Source: Hormiphora californensis
Lineage: Eukaryota > Animalia > Ctenophora
Direction of reading: 5' to 3'
DNA: 64,000 bases
NCBI GenBank assembly: GCA_020137815.1
Contig: CM035361.1
Location: forward strand, 1-64,000
The translations under genes were made by a program, and so were the position numbers. The notes under the pieces are model-generated. The model worked only from the letters and a program-made list of their open reading frames with translations. It was not told the origin of the DNA and did not search any database. This document shows, piece by piece, positions 11,993 to 25,029 of the stretch (position 1 is the first letter of the stretch; each line of letters opens with the position of its first letter).

Positions 11993-13227
11993 AGTGAGAG
12001 TGGACCGAATCAGAATTGGACAAGTTTGTTGTAGGTAGTAGAGATTAGCTTTCTGAGCATTTTGCGTTTTTGCCGCTCAAAATCGACCCACTCATCACTG
12101 AGATATTTTTGTTATGTTGGGAGAACTCCTGTTTAATCAGTATGTATAAAACAGAATAGAAACAATCGTGGTTTTTTACTAACACATTATGAATATAAGC
12201 AGTGAGGTTGACATGTCCATGCACAGAAGCAGGGCAATGCAAGCCAGAATATTAAGAATTTAAAGAATGTGTTAGTAAAACACAAGGATTGTTTCTATCC
12301 TGTTTGATAAATACTGATCCAGCAGGAATTCTCCCAACATAACAAAAATATCTCAGTGATGGGTGGGTCGATTTTGAGCGGCAAAAACGCAAAATGCTCA
12401 GAAAGCTAATCTCTACTACCTAACGGGTGACAACTAAAAATCTGGACAATTTTCTGTGAGCTCTAGCGCCGGCCCCGCTTGAGATACAGCTTCAGGCCTG
12501 AAATAGAACGATTTTTCAGACAATTTTGAATCAGAATAACACAACGGGAAAAACTAAAAAGTTCATTTTCATTGCGATATCGCATCATTTCCTCTTGACC
12601 CACCAAAGCATGTAGTACTTGAAATATACACACTTTTCTAGCACCTCTAGCGCCTGTTCTTTTTGAGATACAGCTTCGGGGCAGCGATAGAATGATTTTT
12701 CAGACGATTTTGAACGAAATTAACTTTGTTTCACACTCCGATAATCTCAATTCTAATCACAGAATCATCTGTTGCAAACCCTTCGAAGCGTAGTTTACAG
12801 GTAATTTGAGAAATCGCCATTTTGACGATCTCTCGAAACATTTATGACGTGGAAAACCAGCTTCCCGATAAGCTAAAATGTTGAAACTTGGCAGTTATGT
12901 TGGTTATGGCATGAACAACCATTATTTCAAATTTGAGAATTTTATCTCATCGGGAAGGTCGTTTCTGATCACACAGAAATTTCAAATCTCCGTACACATG
13001 CTTTGGTGGGTCAAGAGGAAATGATGCGATAACGCAATGAAAATGAACTTTTTAGTTTTTTCCGTTGTGTTATTCTGATTCAAAATTGTCTGAAAAATCG
13101 TTCTAGCTCAGGCCTGAAGATGTATCTCAAGCGGGGCCGGCGCTAGAGCTCACAGAAAATTGTCCAGATTTTTAGTTGTCACCCGTTACAACAAATTTGT
13201 CCAATTCTGATTCGGTCCACTCTCACT
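11993..13227. mobile_element. TTAA-flanked non-autonomous DNA transposon (Kolobok-like ends)
   Basis: TTAA|AGTGAGAGTGGAC ... GTCCACTCTCACT|TTAA; second copy at 21460-23824. Confidence 0.75.
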
Positions 13228-13521
13228 TTAATGTGTAAAATTAATGTTTTGGCGTGTCCTAATTTTCTTGAGTTTTATGTAAAGTAATAATTTGTCAGAT
13301 ATCATCCCTTTACGGGCATCATCCCATTACTGGGCACCATCTTGTCAGACACTGACTGTACATCGGCCTATCTCGAGAGAGAGCAGAGATATCTATCTAG
13401 AGATATATATGCGCTATTATCTAGCTCTCTAGAGAGACTATAGGTCTCTCTCCTCACTCCGTCTCGTCGATACAAGTCGCTGGCATCTCATCTCTATCTC
13501 TCTCTCTACTATCTCTCTCAA

Positions 13522-13574
<53 letters not shown>

Positions 13575-13723
13575 TCTCTGTCTATCTCTCCCTATGTCTC
13601 TCTCTTTCTCTCAATACCTATCTATTTTTCTCTATCTATATATCTCTCTGTAGTATCTCTCTCCCTGTGGCCACATGCGTAGGATCACATCACACAATCA
13701 CACAAATTGCTTGGTGGCTAGTA

Positions 13724-15088
13724 GGGGAGCCACAGGTAATATGGGAAATTTGGTAAAATGGGAAATCGGTGTTTTGAAAAGATTGGCCATGTTACAGGCT
13801 CATAAATAGTTAATAACTCTTATTAATGATCTTAGATTAGTTCTGAAACCGTTTATAGCCTTGGTGGGAAGTGTTTAGATGGTACACTAATACCCTCGTC
13901 ATCTTAAAATAAGGAAAGTGAAAAATCAGGTCACTTTTCTCATTTGGTACACACGTCTCTGTTTCTTTGAGAAATTATCGATTGGCTTAGTTTATGAGCA
14001 AGATATTTATTAGCGATACCTGAAGAGATCAGAGCAACAGAATGAACGCGTCTAATTATAATTAGCTAATTATAGAAACTCACGATTTTGGTATAATGGG
14101 ATACTTTTATTTTACTGAAATGGGATACCCCATTTTACCAAATTTTCACTATCCCATTTTTCCAAAACATGTTTTTGAAAAATGGGATACTGGAATTTTG
14201 GCTGTTTAAACGGCCATTTTAAACGCAAACTTCTCAGTTACGATAATAATATAGCCTATTTTCGCTCATAACTCGAAAAAACTTGTATTCTCTGAACAAA
14301 AATGCACCGAGTGACAACTGCAGAATACGACTACACGTGTGGATATAATTATTCAATTCTCATTAATCTAATCTTCTATTATACGTAGACACCAAAAGGT
14401 TTCTGGTATCCGTGTAGCTTTTTTAGTTTAGCAGTTACTAAATATTATCCACATTAATGTGTTAACGATCAACTCTTTGGTCCCCAAATCTTTAGAGAAT
14501 TTTAGAGAATTTCTAAATTTTGGACCCGTCTGAAATTATATACAGGTAGAACCCCGGTAGTAAATGAACCTGTTCACGGTTTTACCCCTCCTGTTGAACT
14601 TAGTAGTGTAAAATAAGGCTTTAGGGACCCGTTGGTGAAGAAATTAGGTAGCTTGTTCCTAACTTTTAATGATTTCACGGCTGCCGGCTATTATAAGGCC
14701 TTCAGACCATTGACTAATTATAAACAAAACTTGAATACCATTACAAACTAGTTTAATCCGAGCAAAGTGCAACTTAAAGTAACCATATTCTGACAAAAAA
14801 TTAATTTTGATAAAATGGGATACCAATTTTTTGATAAAATGGGATATCCCATTTTCGTTAAAAATGGGTATCCCATTTCACCAAAATAAAATTCCACTGC
14901 AAATTTTCAAGGTAATATGGGATAGTGCCAGATCTCCGTTGTGGAGCATTCGTTGGGGTAATTTTGGTGGTAATGTGTTAGCCTGGTCCAAATAAGACAC
15001 ACCCATGAAGACGGCGTGACTTTATTGTCATCTGAAAAAAAAATATGGCCAAAAGTTGTTAGGTATCCCATATTACCTGTGGCTCCCC
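13724..15088. mobile_element. Non-autonomous TIR element with AAATGGGATA sub-repeats
   Basis: TA|ggggagccacaggtaatatggga ... tcccatattacctgtggctcccc|TA. Confidence 0.8.
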
Positions 15089-15151
15089 TATGTGAGATCT
15101 GATCCTGGGTGGGCCTGGGATGTGATACGATCCTAGAGGGATGAGATCTGA

Positions 15152-15398
15152 TCGGTAGAGCAATTATGGACGCGAAACCCAGAGGTTGTCGGTTCGAGCC
15201 CGGCCCTCGCCAGATATTTTTCTAATTTTCCTCCCTATTTAATCCTGAACAGATCTCATTCATTGATAATTAACCAATCCATTCTTCCACAACCGTGATC
15301 TGCCCGCTGTATGTTTCCCCTTCACTGTTGAACATTAGGGCGTGTATGTGTGAGAGAGAAAGTGAGATTAGCAGCCAGAGAAGATATTAAAAATCTTG
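15152..15398 (+). mobile_element. tRNA-derived SINE
   Basis: A-box-like ggtagagc, B-box ggttcgagccc, head ending in CCA, then a body shared with 21530-21790 (-). Confidence 0.7.
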
Positions 15399-15638
15399 TT
15401 CCGATCTGATTAATGACGGGAATTTTTGGAACCCTCATCATGCATCAGGGGGATCAAGTTTTACCCCTTTTCGCATTATATAGTAAGAAAGCTCGTGGGA
15501 CAACATTGCCAGCAGGCGAAGGCTCTCTTGTTGCCCGTCCAATCCAAAGCCGCTTGGGTCTATCTTGTACCGTTCTCTCACAGCAACCAGATTAATATTG
15601 GATGGCCTATACAGTATACCTATATATTTCTTTTCCAG

Positions 15639-15756
15639 GTTAACAACTGGGGTCTAACAGCTAGTGATTTTACAAGAATTCAACGACTTTATGGAGACAA
15701 CCCATGTTTACCCGTAAACCCATGTAAAAATGGCGGTCGCTGTACTAAAGACCTCA
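15639..15756 (+). CDS. MMP-like gene, exon B: end of catalytic domain (LTASDFTRIQRLYG) and start of EGF domain
   Basis: ttttccag acceptor, gtgagt donor; MMP C-terminal helix motif DxxxIQxLYG; CLPVNPCKNGGRC. Confidence 0.85.
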
Positions 15757-15777
15757 GTGAGTTATAGCCCACACTAA

Positions 15778-16288
15778 GGGGAAACTCTAACTGAATGGCA
15801 TCCTATTAATGGTATCCCATCAACAGTAAAACTTTAACTGATAATGGACCACAGTGATGGTTCTTTCTCTGTATTCTCTCTGTAGGCAGTACATTGGGCA
15901 TGCCCGGGCATACACAGAGAGAATACAGAGAAAGAACCATCACTGTGGTCTAGTGTCTGACGGTGTATAAGGTCCAAATGAGGCACGGAGGTATTCTGAA
16001 TCAGCTTTTCAAGACGAATCCAACGCAACCGGAATTAGCTTTCTATCTTAACGGGAAGGTGTGGTTCACTCACACTCATTTTTAGTCATTTTTGCCGCGC
16101 GGCAAAAATCCCGATAAGATAGAAAGCGAATTCCGGTTGCGTTGGATTCGTCTTGAAAAGCTGATTCAGAAAAGCTCCGTGCCTCATTTGGACCTTATAC
16201 ACCGTCAGACAGTGTGGTCCATTATCAGTTAGAGTTTTACTGTTGATGGGATCCCATTAATGGGATGCCATTCAGTTAGAGTTTCCCC
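15778..16288. mobile_element. PIF/Harbinger-type MITE, GGGGAAACTCTAACTGAATG family, with a nested IR element
   Basis: TAA TSD; TIRs; nested element ~15954-16211 also seen at ~19695-20010. Confidence 0.85.
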
Positions 16289-16431
16289 TAAGGGCGCGCA
16301 CAGATTGCCCATGCTTGACCATGACCATATGTGATCAATATTTTGACCAAGTCGCACAGACTGACCAAATTTTTTAATTTGACCAAGCTTGGAGAGTAAA
16401 AACGGAAACTAATTCATAACATATCGAAAAC

Positions 16432-16989
16432 GGTGGGCGGACTCTAGTGCTAACGGACTCTTTATCTAAATCCAAGGCGGACTCTACCTATATCTAAAAA
16501 CGGACTCTTTATCTACAGTTAGATTTTGAAAAAAGTTTAGATAAAGAGTCCTCCCTGTGTAGACTTTTTAGATAAAGAGTCCGCCCTGTGTAGAATTTTT
16601 AGATATAGAGTCCTCTAGTACATTTTGGCGCCAAATCCTCCAACCCGGACTCTATGTCTAAAATCCTAACCAAAACCTAACCCTAACACTAACCCTAACC
16701 CTAACCTCGAACCCAAATAACGGCCCTAACACTTCTAAATTAGTATAGGGGTAGAGCAAACTCTCGTTTCCGGCCTAACGGCCGAAATCTCGAGTTCGCG
16801 GCGAAAGATTTATGTAGATATAGAGTCCACTTTGTTTAGACTTTTTAGATAAAGAGTCCGCCCTGTGTAGACTTTTAAGATAAAGAGCCCTCCTAGAGTT
16901 TAGAATTATTTGGACTCTTTATCTAAATCTAAATTTATAGATATAGAGTCCTCTTTAGACTTAGAGTGTAGCACTAGAGTCCGCACACC
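16432..16989. mobile_element. MULE-like MITE, GGTGGGCGGACTCTAGTGCTA family
   Basis: 9-bp TSD atcgaaaac; GGACTCT sub-repeats; CCCTAA-like core. Confidence 0.85.
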
Positions 16990-17578
16990 ATCGAAAACCA
17001 CTGAACCCCACTAATTTTGATACGCTGAATCACCTAAGCAACTTTTCCAATCCGTCTGAGATCGGAAAAGTGTCCTAATTGAGTATAGTTGGGTCTTAAT
17101 GACCCCATTTACAACTGTTCACCTGGAAATGATAGATGCTTATGTGAGGGCACTTTTCCGACTAATTTTGATACACTGAATCACGTGAGCAACTTTACAA
17201 TCCCTCAGAGGTCAGAAAAGTGCCTTAATTGAACAATTAAGGCCAATTAGACCCAAGTATACTCAATTAGGGCACTTTATCGACCTCTGAGGGGTCTGTC
17301 TGGCGCCGCGACCCATCTGAGCGCACTGTCGGTATGGGGTATGGCGCCGCCATACAGTGAGGGGTTGGAAAAGTTGCTTACGTGATTCAGCGTATCAAAA
17401 TTAGTCGGAAAAGTGCCCCTACATAAGCATCTATCATTTCCAGGTGAAAAGTTGTAAATAGGGTCATTATGACCCAATTATGCTCAATTAGGACACTTTT
17501 CCGATCTCAGACGGATTGGAAAAGTTGCTTACGTGATTCAGCGTATCAAAATTAGTCGGGTTTATTGGTTTTTCGCTA
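16990..17578. mobile_element. Foldback element (family also nested at ~31275-32820)
   Basis: Inverted arms actaattttgatacgctgaatcac / gtgattcagcgtatcaaaattagt. Confidence 0.7.
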
Positions 17579-17729
17579 CAAAAAGGTGATTTTCACTGTT
17601 CTTGGTAACGGGGGTTCTACTTGCGAGGTTCCCTATACTAGTTATATTGTATTATCATTATTATTATATTGTATTATGTAGTAATTTCTGTAAATAATTC
17701 CTGCAAACAAAGTTTTTAATACTCTTCAG

Positions 17730-17842
17730 GTCGTAAAGGATACGAATGTTTATGTGTTAGTGGATGGAAAGGTAAAACGTGTTCTAAAGATTCAGGTCGA
17801 GGAAAGACAGTGTGTCGAGCTATCAACATCCAGAATGGCCAG
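17730..17842 (+). CDS. MMP-like gene, exon C: EGF C-terminal half (YECLCVSGWKGKTC) and start of sushi 1
   Basis: Phase-1 junction with exon B completes a 6-Cys EGF domain. Confidence 0.85.
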
Positions 17843-18087
17843 GTCACACGCATTGTACTATAAAATCTGTTGAGGCAAAGCACCTATACACCTAATTTCT
17901 CCCACGATCAACGAAGCACAAAGTCATCTTCACCACTTTGTACTGCTTATACGTGAAAACAAAAACACTAGACCTTTAGTTCAAGAGCCTGCGAGTGCTA
18001 CTAAGTGTAGCTACCTCACGAGCCTACGAGTGATGTTGTTTTACTCTGCTTATAATAGTAGTTTTGTGAAATTGATGTTACTTGCAG

Positions 18088-18212
18088 GTGGCACCAACTG
18101 GTAGAATTAGAGCTTGGGATAATGTTTTGGTGACTTGTGATACTGGATTCCAGTTGGTGGGAGTAGACACATTGAAATGCACTCCCCGAGGAAACTACCA
18201 GCCAAACCCAAG
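18088..18212 (+). CDS. MMP-like gene, exon D: sushi/CCP 1 (VTCDTGFQLVGVDTLKC)
   Basis: cttgcag acceptor, gtataa donor; CxxGFxLxGxxxxxC pattern. Confidence 0.85.
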
Positions 18213-18465
18213 GTATAATGTAGCGAACTCGAACTTTGATTCTTATCCATCAAGTCGGATAATAAAAGTTTGCAGAAGGCTTTTATGTATCTACTACTTT
18301 TCCGTATATTGATTATTGGTGTAAAAAGAGTATCATGATCAGTATCATAACTTTTGGACGACTTAATTACTACGATTGTTATCGGAGAAACTCTTTATTT
18401 TCAGTTTCAGTTTCTCACACTTCACAGAGTACAGACTATTTATATGTTAACCCAACTTTCATAAG

Positions 18466-18570
18466 GAACGCACAGTGTGTGCAGAATGTTATGTGCCCAT
18501 CTCTTATGCTGCAGAATGGTACAGTTTATCCAACAACCCAGACTAGACCTCTGACCGTCATCACTTTTAG
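18466..18570 (+). CDS. MMP-like gene, exon E: end of sushi 1, start of sushi 2 (CPSLMLQNG)
   Basis: Phase 2-2 compatible; gtgagc donor. Confidence 0.75.
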
Positions 18571-18584
18571 GTGAGCATTATTAG

Positions 18585-20210
18585 GGCAATTTCTCATTTG
18601 CCGCATACGGCGTCCAGACGGCGTCAAAACGCGGTCTAGACGGTGTCTAGACGGTATACCGTCTAGACGGGGTTTGATAAAATCAGCTTAAAACGGTGCC
18701 AAAATTGTTTGAAACGGGTTATAGACGGTATCCGACGGGTTATAAACGGGTTATAGACGCTATCAGACGGTGTTGCGACGGTATCAGACGGTCTCTAGAC
18801 GGTACCGTCCCGGTGTCTAGACAAAGTCTAGACGGTCTCTAGATGGTATCCGTTCAAAGTTGAGACGGCACGTCTGAAAATTGTACCAGACGTTGAGACG
18901 GACTTTTACAACCCCGTCTGTAATTCAGACGGAGTTCTAAAAGTACGTTTAAACGCAGTCTATAGGAAAATCGATGAACGTACCGTCTAAACAACGTCTC
19001 AATTGAAACCGGTAAACATACCGTCTAAACAACGTCTAAGCAAAATCTCGCGATTCAGTTTCAAATACCGTCTTAACAACTTTTCGATACGAATACCGTC
19101 TCAACAACGTCTAGACACCGTCTTAAGCGAATACGATACAAATACCGTCTAAACAACGTCTCAAGTACTTGTAAGTGATACCGACACTATCACTGATAGT
19201 ATCAGCGATAGAAAAAATGTGTGCCTTTTTGATAATGAAAATGATGTACAGTTGCAGTCGGACCTCGATTTATTTGAAGTTGGATAAGGAAAATTACCGG
19301 GAGGATAAACTTTCTCCGATATAGGAAGTTCATGGGGCCCCGAGTTACCGGGCAAAACCCCTTTCCCGTCCCCGAGCATCGCGGTACGACTGTGCAATGT
19401 GCATGCACTACATAATTTTCATTCAATTATTCAATCAACAATAGGCACACATCCACCACTAATTCCAACTGGCATGGGTAATCCAGGATGTTCTTCGAAA
19501 ACGGTCGAGTCTAGACATCGTTCTTTGAGACGTTGTCTAGACGTTGTTTAGACGGTATTCGTATCGAAAAGTTGTTAAGACGGTATCTGAAACTGAATCG
19601 CGAGATTTTGCTTAGACGTTGTTTAGACGGTATGTTTACCGGTTTCAGTTGAGACTGCGTTTAAACGTACTTTTAGAATTCCGTCTGAATTACAGACGGT
19701 GTATAAGATCCAGATGAGGCACGGAGCTTTTCAAGACGAATTCAACGCAACCGGAATTAGCTTTCTATCTTATCGGGAAGGTTCGGTTCACAAACACTCA
19801 TTTTTAGTCATTTTTGCCGTGCGAGCCAATCAGAGGCCAGAATTTCGAAATCCAGCCCTCTGATTGGCTCGCGCGGCTAAAAATGAAAAAAGTTAACCAC
19901 ACCTTCCCGATAAGATAGAAAGCTAATTCCGGTTGCGTTGGATTCGTCTTGAAAAGCTGATTCAGAAAAACTCCGTGCCTCATTGGGACCTTATACACCG
20001 TCAGACACTACAGACGGGATTGAAAAAGTCCGTCTCAACGTCTGGTACAATTTTCAGACGTGCCGTCTCAACTTTGAATGGATACCGTCTAGACGCTGTC
20101 TAGACACCGGGACGGTACCGTCTAGAGACCGTCTAGAGACCGTCTGATACCGTCGCAACACCGTCTGATACCGTCTATAACCCGTCTATAACCCGTCTGA
20201 TACCGTCTAT
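18585..20210. mobile_element. MULE-like foldback, GGCAATTTCTCATTTGCCGC family, right arm truncated
   Basis: TAGACGG sub-repeats in inverted arms; complete copy at 26355-27692. Confidence 0.8.
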
Positions 20211-20356
20211 AAGGGGAAACTCTAACTGAATGGCATCTCATTAATGGGATCCCATCAACAGTAAAACTCTAACTGATAATGGACCACAGTGAAGTTGGGC
20301 AGGGAAATACAACACTATACTATCATGGGTACATAATGAAAATAATTCTTGTTCAG

Positions 20357-20448
20357 GTGTAACGAAGGTTTTCGGTTGCAGGGGTTCACTTACATTACAT
20401 GTGAAACAAACGGACACCTTAGTAGAGCCCAACCATCTTGCCTTCCAG
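20357..20448 (+). CDS. MMP-like gene, exon F: sushi 2 C-terminal half (CNEGFRLQGFTYITC...PSC)
   Basis: gttcag acceptor, gtattt donor; phases fit both neighbours. Confidence 0.85.
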
Positions 20449-20818
20449 GTATTTATAAATATAGCTACATATATGTCGTCTTCATATTACCGGACTATAA
20501 TAGTCCGGTAATATGAAGAAGCTTATTCCACTTCTAGGGTACTCTATAGGGTCCCTAGAAACACCCCATGAGTTTTTTTGCAAAATCGGCGATGGAGAAC
20601 TTGACTTAATTGGTTACAGCTGGGTGATTTCAGCCTGAAGCCAAAACCATAAGTACCTTTAGAATAGGAGTAGCGTAAAAATGGGGGCTCTAAAGTGATC
20701 AGCGTCTTCACATTAGTGGGTGTAGCAGGTAGCTGCTGGAATTAAGTCTATCTCATCTGGTAAATTAGATAATTGGATAATTAGGTTTGCGCATAACCGT
20801 TTTTTGGTTATATGGCTA

Positions 20819-21201
20819 CCTTACTCACTGTAAATCAGCGAACCGTTAATTATCGCTTCTAAAATTAAGAATAACATAATTAAGAATAAGTTTTCTAGCG
20901 AAGAATATGACCAAAATTTGGATAAAAAGGCTAAAATACAATCTATACTTGTTTCAAATTGCCATTGAAGCAAAGGGGTCAACCAAATCATTTACAACAC
21001 TGTCACTACGTGCACTCTTCAACGCATCAATGATGCCAGCTGCTCTCCAGCCACTCTCCATGATACGCTTTCCCTTATCAGAGTGGAAGAAGTTGTAAGA
21101 TTGTAGAAAAATAAGGAACTCTAAAATTAAGAATAACAAAATTAAGAATATTTTTTGGCCATATTCTTAATTTTAGGTTCGCTGATTTACAGTGAGTAAG
21201 G
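20819..21201 (-). mobile_element. pogo/Tigger-like deletion derivative carrying a transposase C-terminal fragment
   Basis: TA-flanked TIR ccttactcactgtaaatcagcgaacc; minus-strand peptide IMESGWRAAGI. Confidence 0.6.
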
Positions 21202-21529
21202 TATAGCCACTTAGGAAAGGAAAAGAGACAAAACCGAGGGCACTAAATTGATCAGCATCCTCGAATTAGTGGGGGTAGGTGCTGAAATTAAGTCTTTATC
21301 TCATCTAGTGAATTAGATAATTGGATAATTATGTTGTGCATGACCTTTTTTAGCTATATATAGCTATAATAGCCATGGTTTAGAGACTTTTCATTGGTGC
21401 CATTTGTGAGAATTATGGGGGGGGGGGGGGGGGGGGGGGGGTCGACGTCGGACTTTTAAAGTGAGAGTGGACAGAATCAGAATTGGACAAGTTTGTTGGA
21501 GGTTGTAGAGATTAGTTCTATGAGCCAGA

Positions 21530-21905
21530 GCAAGATGTTTAATATCTTCTCTGGCTGCTAATCTCACTTTCTCTCTCACACATACACGCCCTACTGTACA
21601 ACAGTGAAGGGGAAACATACAGCGGGCAGATCACGGTTGTGGAAGAATGGCTTGGTTAAATATCAATGATGAGATCTTGTTCAGGATTAAATAGGGAGGA
21701 AAATTAGAAAAATATCTGGCGAGGGCCGGGCTCGAACCGACAACCGGTTGCAACCTCTGGGTTTCGCGTCCATTGCTCTACCATTGCTCTACCTCAATAG
21801 GTAGAGCAATGGACGCGAAACCCAGAGGTTGTCGGTTCGAAACCGGCCCTCGCCAGATATTTTTCTAATTTTCCTCCCTATTTCCTGAACAAGATCTCAT
21901 CAATG
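21530..21905. mobile_element. Divergent inverted pair of tRNA-derived SINE copies
   Basis: Minus copy ~21530-21790 and partial plus copy ~21800-21905 of the 15152 SINE. Confidence 0.7.
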
Positions 21906-22087
21906 ATAGTTCTATGAGCATTTTGCCTTTTGCCGCTCAAAATCGACCCATCCATCACTGAGATATTTTTGTTACTCTCGGGGAATTCCTGTTTAATCAG
22001 TATGTGACAAACAGAATAAGAAACGATCGTCGTGTTTTACTAACACATTCTGAATTTAAGCAGTGAGGTTGACATGTCCATGTACAG

Positions 22088-23589
22088 GGCAATTTTGCAT
22101 TTGCGGGCATCGCACTATAGACGCAGTACCCACGTACTATAGACGCATTATAAACGCATTATAAACGCATTATAGACGCATATAGACACACGCAATATAG
22201 ACGCAATTTCGTAGCAGCACTATAGACGCAATATAGACGTATAAACAGCAATATAAACGCATTTTTATAGACGCGACGCAGTATAGCCGCATTATAGGCG
22301 CACTACCCACCCCAAAATCACCTTATAGACGCACTATAGACGCATTATAGACTGACTATAGCAGCACCATAAACGCTACAAGACCCATATAGACGCATGA
22401 TAGAAGCATTATAGACGCAAATCGCTTTTTATAGACGCCGGTCTATAAAAAACATGCTTTTTAAAGAAGCACTATAGACGTACTCCAGGTTACAGTGTGA
22501 TATTTGAGGCGCAGTTGGGCGTTTTATAAACGCATTTTTGTCGCATATAAAAGGAAGCAGTATAGACGCATTATAGACGCATATAGCCGCATGTGTGCGA
22601 AATCGATAAAGACGCAATATAGACGCAAAATAAAAAGGAGAGGAGAGAGAGAGGGAGGGAGAGCGAGGAAAAGGGAAGGAGAGGGAGGGACTGAGGGAGA
22701 GATACAGGGACAGAAACAAAGACAGACGGATAAAGACCTGAGACAGAAGGTCAGAGTAAGATGGAAAGAGAGTGATATAGGGACGGAGTGAGACAGAAAA
22801 AGACAGAGATGGAAACAAACGGACGTCGGACAGAGACAGACGGACGGACAAACACGCGCTTACTATCTCCCTCTCTGTCTCACTCTCTCTCTCTCTCTCT
22901 CTCTCCATCTTAATCTCTCTCCATCTTACTCTGTCCGTCTGTCTCAGATCTGTGTCCATCTGTCTCTGTCTCAGTGTCTCATGATATGTCTCTGTATCCC
23001 TCCCTCCCTCCCTCCCTCTAGTCTCTCTCCCTCTCCTTCTTATTTTGCGTCTATATTGCATCTTTATCGATTTCGCACACATGCGGCTATAATGCGTCTA
23101 TAATGCGTCTATACTGCTTCCTTTTATATGCGACAAAAATGCGTTTATAGTTCGCCCAACTGCGCCTCAAAATTCGCAGCGTGCGTTGAATACGTCTATA
23201 GTGCTTCTTTAAAAAGCACGTTTTTTATAGACGCGGCGTCTATAAAAAGCGATTGCGTCTATAATGCTTCTATCATGCGTCTATATGGGTCATTGTAGCG
23301 TTTATGGTGCTGCTATAGTCAGTCTATAATGCGTCTATAGTGCGTCTATAAGGTGATTTTGGGGTGGGTAGTGCGCCTATAATGCGGCTATACTGCGTCG
23401 CGTTATAAAATGCGTTTATATTGCTGTTATAATGCGTCTATATTGCGTCTATAGTGCTGCTTACGAAATTGCGTCTATATTGCGGTGTGTCTATAATGCG
23501 TCTATAATGCGTTTATAATGCGTTTATAATGCGTCTATAGTACGTGGGTACTGCGTCTATAGTGCGATGCCCGCAAATGCAAAATTGCC
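22088..23589. mobile_element. MULE-like foldback, GGCAATTTTGCATTTGCGGGC family
   Basis: 9-bp TSD catgtacag. Confidence 0.9.
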
Positions 23590-24220
23590 CATGTACAGAA
23601 GCAGAGCAATGCAATTCAGTATATTAAAAATTTGTAGAATTTGTTAGTAAAACACAAGGATTGTTCCTATCCTGTTTGATAAATATTGATACAGCAGAAA
23701 TTCCCCGAGAATATCTCTGTGTTGGTTGAGTCGATTTTGAGCGGCAAAAAGGCAAACTGCTCGTAAAACTAATCTCTACTACCTCCAACAAACTTGTCCA
23801 ATTCTGATTCTGTCCACTCTCACTTTAAGCGCTATTTTACTTCAGATGCTCAAAATTGGGCTTTTTACCGTTTTTGCTCATTTTGAGCATCTTTAAAGCC
23901 AAATATCGGCTACACGGTTGAAGATAGAGCTTAAAAGTCCGACGTCGACCCCCCATAACTTGGCTATTGCCTTGTGCTGTTGCATATATATATATTACAT
24001 ATATATATTTTATATAGTACATAACTCCCTCCCGCGCGGGCAGATAATCAATAGACGCACTGCAGAGCAGTGCGTCTATTGAGCTGTAATGCACGGGTCC
24101 CGAAGGGACCGTGCGTTACAGCCCTGTAAATCCCGAGCGTCAGCGAGGGGTTTACAGGTATATCTGCACGCAAGGGAGGGAGTTGTGTTCTATAGACCCC
24201 GCTGCCGGGCACCTAGAATA

Positions 24221-25029
24221 GTTAGGAACACTATTGGTGCGCGGTCGTGCCCACGGAAGGAGTGCTTGGATCATCTTGAAACCGGTTTTAAGTTAACTAA
24301 TGCATATCCAAAAGTGTCTGTAGCTATTTGGGTGATGTTCTGCCAATCAAATCACGAGTTATGACGAAAAAACAGTCAAAAAAGACGTTTTAAAATGACA
24401 AAAAGGAGGACCTGAACACAGCCCTTATATGAAGGGTTGGGGCTATGAAACTTCTGTGGACAGAGAATCGTCCAAATTTGCAGTGCCAACTTTGGAATAG
24501 TTTCTATCTTTTGTAGTTATCAATTAGAGCCGTTAAAACATGTGAGACGATGCTGCAGGGGCCTCTAATACAGGTATTTTGCTTGTGAAGTGATCATTCG
24601 AGATTTACCCAATTAGAGAGCAGAATTAAAGCCATACAAGCGGGTGAGAGCAAGCAAAATGGGGCGGAAACAGTACCAAATCACCCTGTTTTGCAGATCG
24701 TCTCACATGTTTGAACGGCTCTAATAGATAAACTACAAAGTAGAAACACTATTCCAAAGTTGGCACTGCAAATTTGGACGATTCTCGTCCACTCAAGAAG
24801 TTTCATAGCCCCAACCCTTCATATAAGGGCTGTGTTCAGACCTCCTTTTTGTCACTTTAAAACGTCTTTTTTGACTGTTTTTCGTCATAACTCGTGATGG
24901 ATGGTCAGAAACATCACCCAAATAGCTATAGCACATGTTGGTTATATGCATTAGTTAACTTAAAACGGTTTCAAGATGATCCAAGCACTCCTTCCGTGGG
25001 CACGACCGCGCACCAATAGTGTTCCTAAC
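24221..25029. mobile_element. TA-flanked foldback MITE (CACTATTGGTGCGCGG family)
   Basis: Arms of roughly 330 bp; second copy at 51600-52416. Confidence 0.85.

Larger units (their letters stand above)
21460..23824. mobile_element. Kolobok-like TTAA element containing SINEs and a foldback
   Basis: Same TIRs as 11993-13227. Confidence 0.75.

Noticed and set aside
15152-15212. Functional tRNA gene
   Set aside because: 5' acceptor strand missing, anticodon arm irregular, and linked to a repeated SINE body
20480-20518. 39-nt hairpin as a terminator or miRNA
   Set aside because: Abuts a foldback end; most likely a transposon remnant
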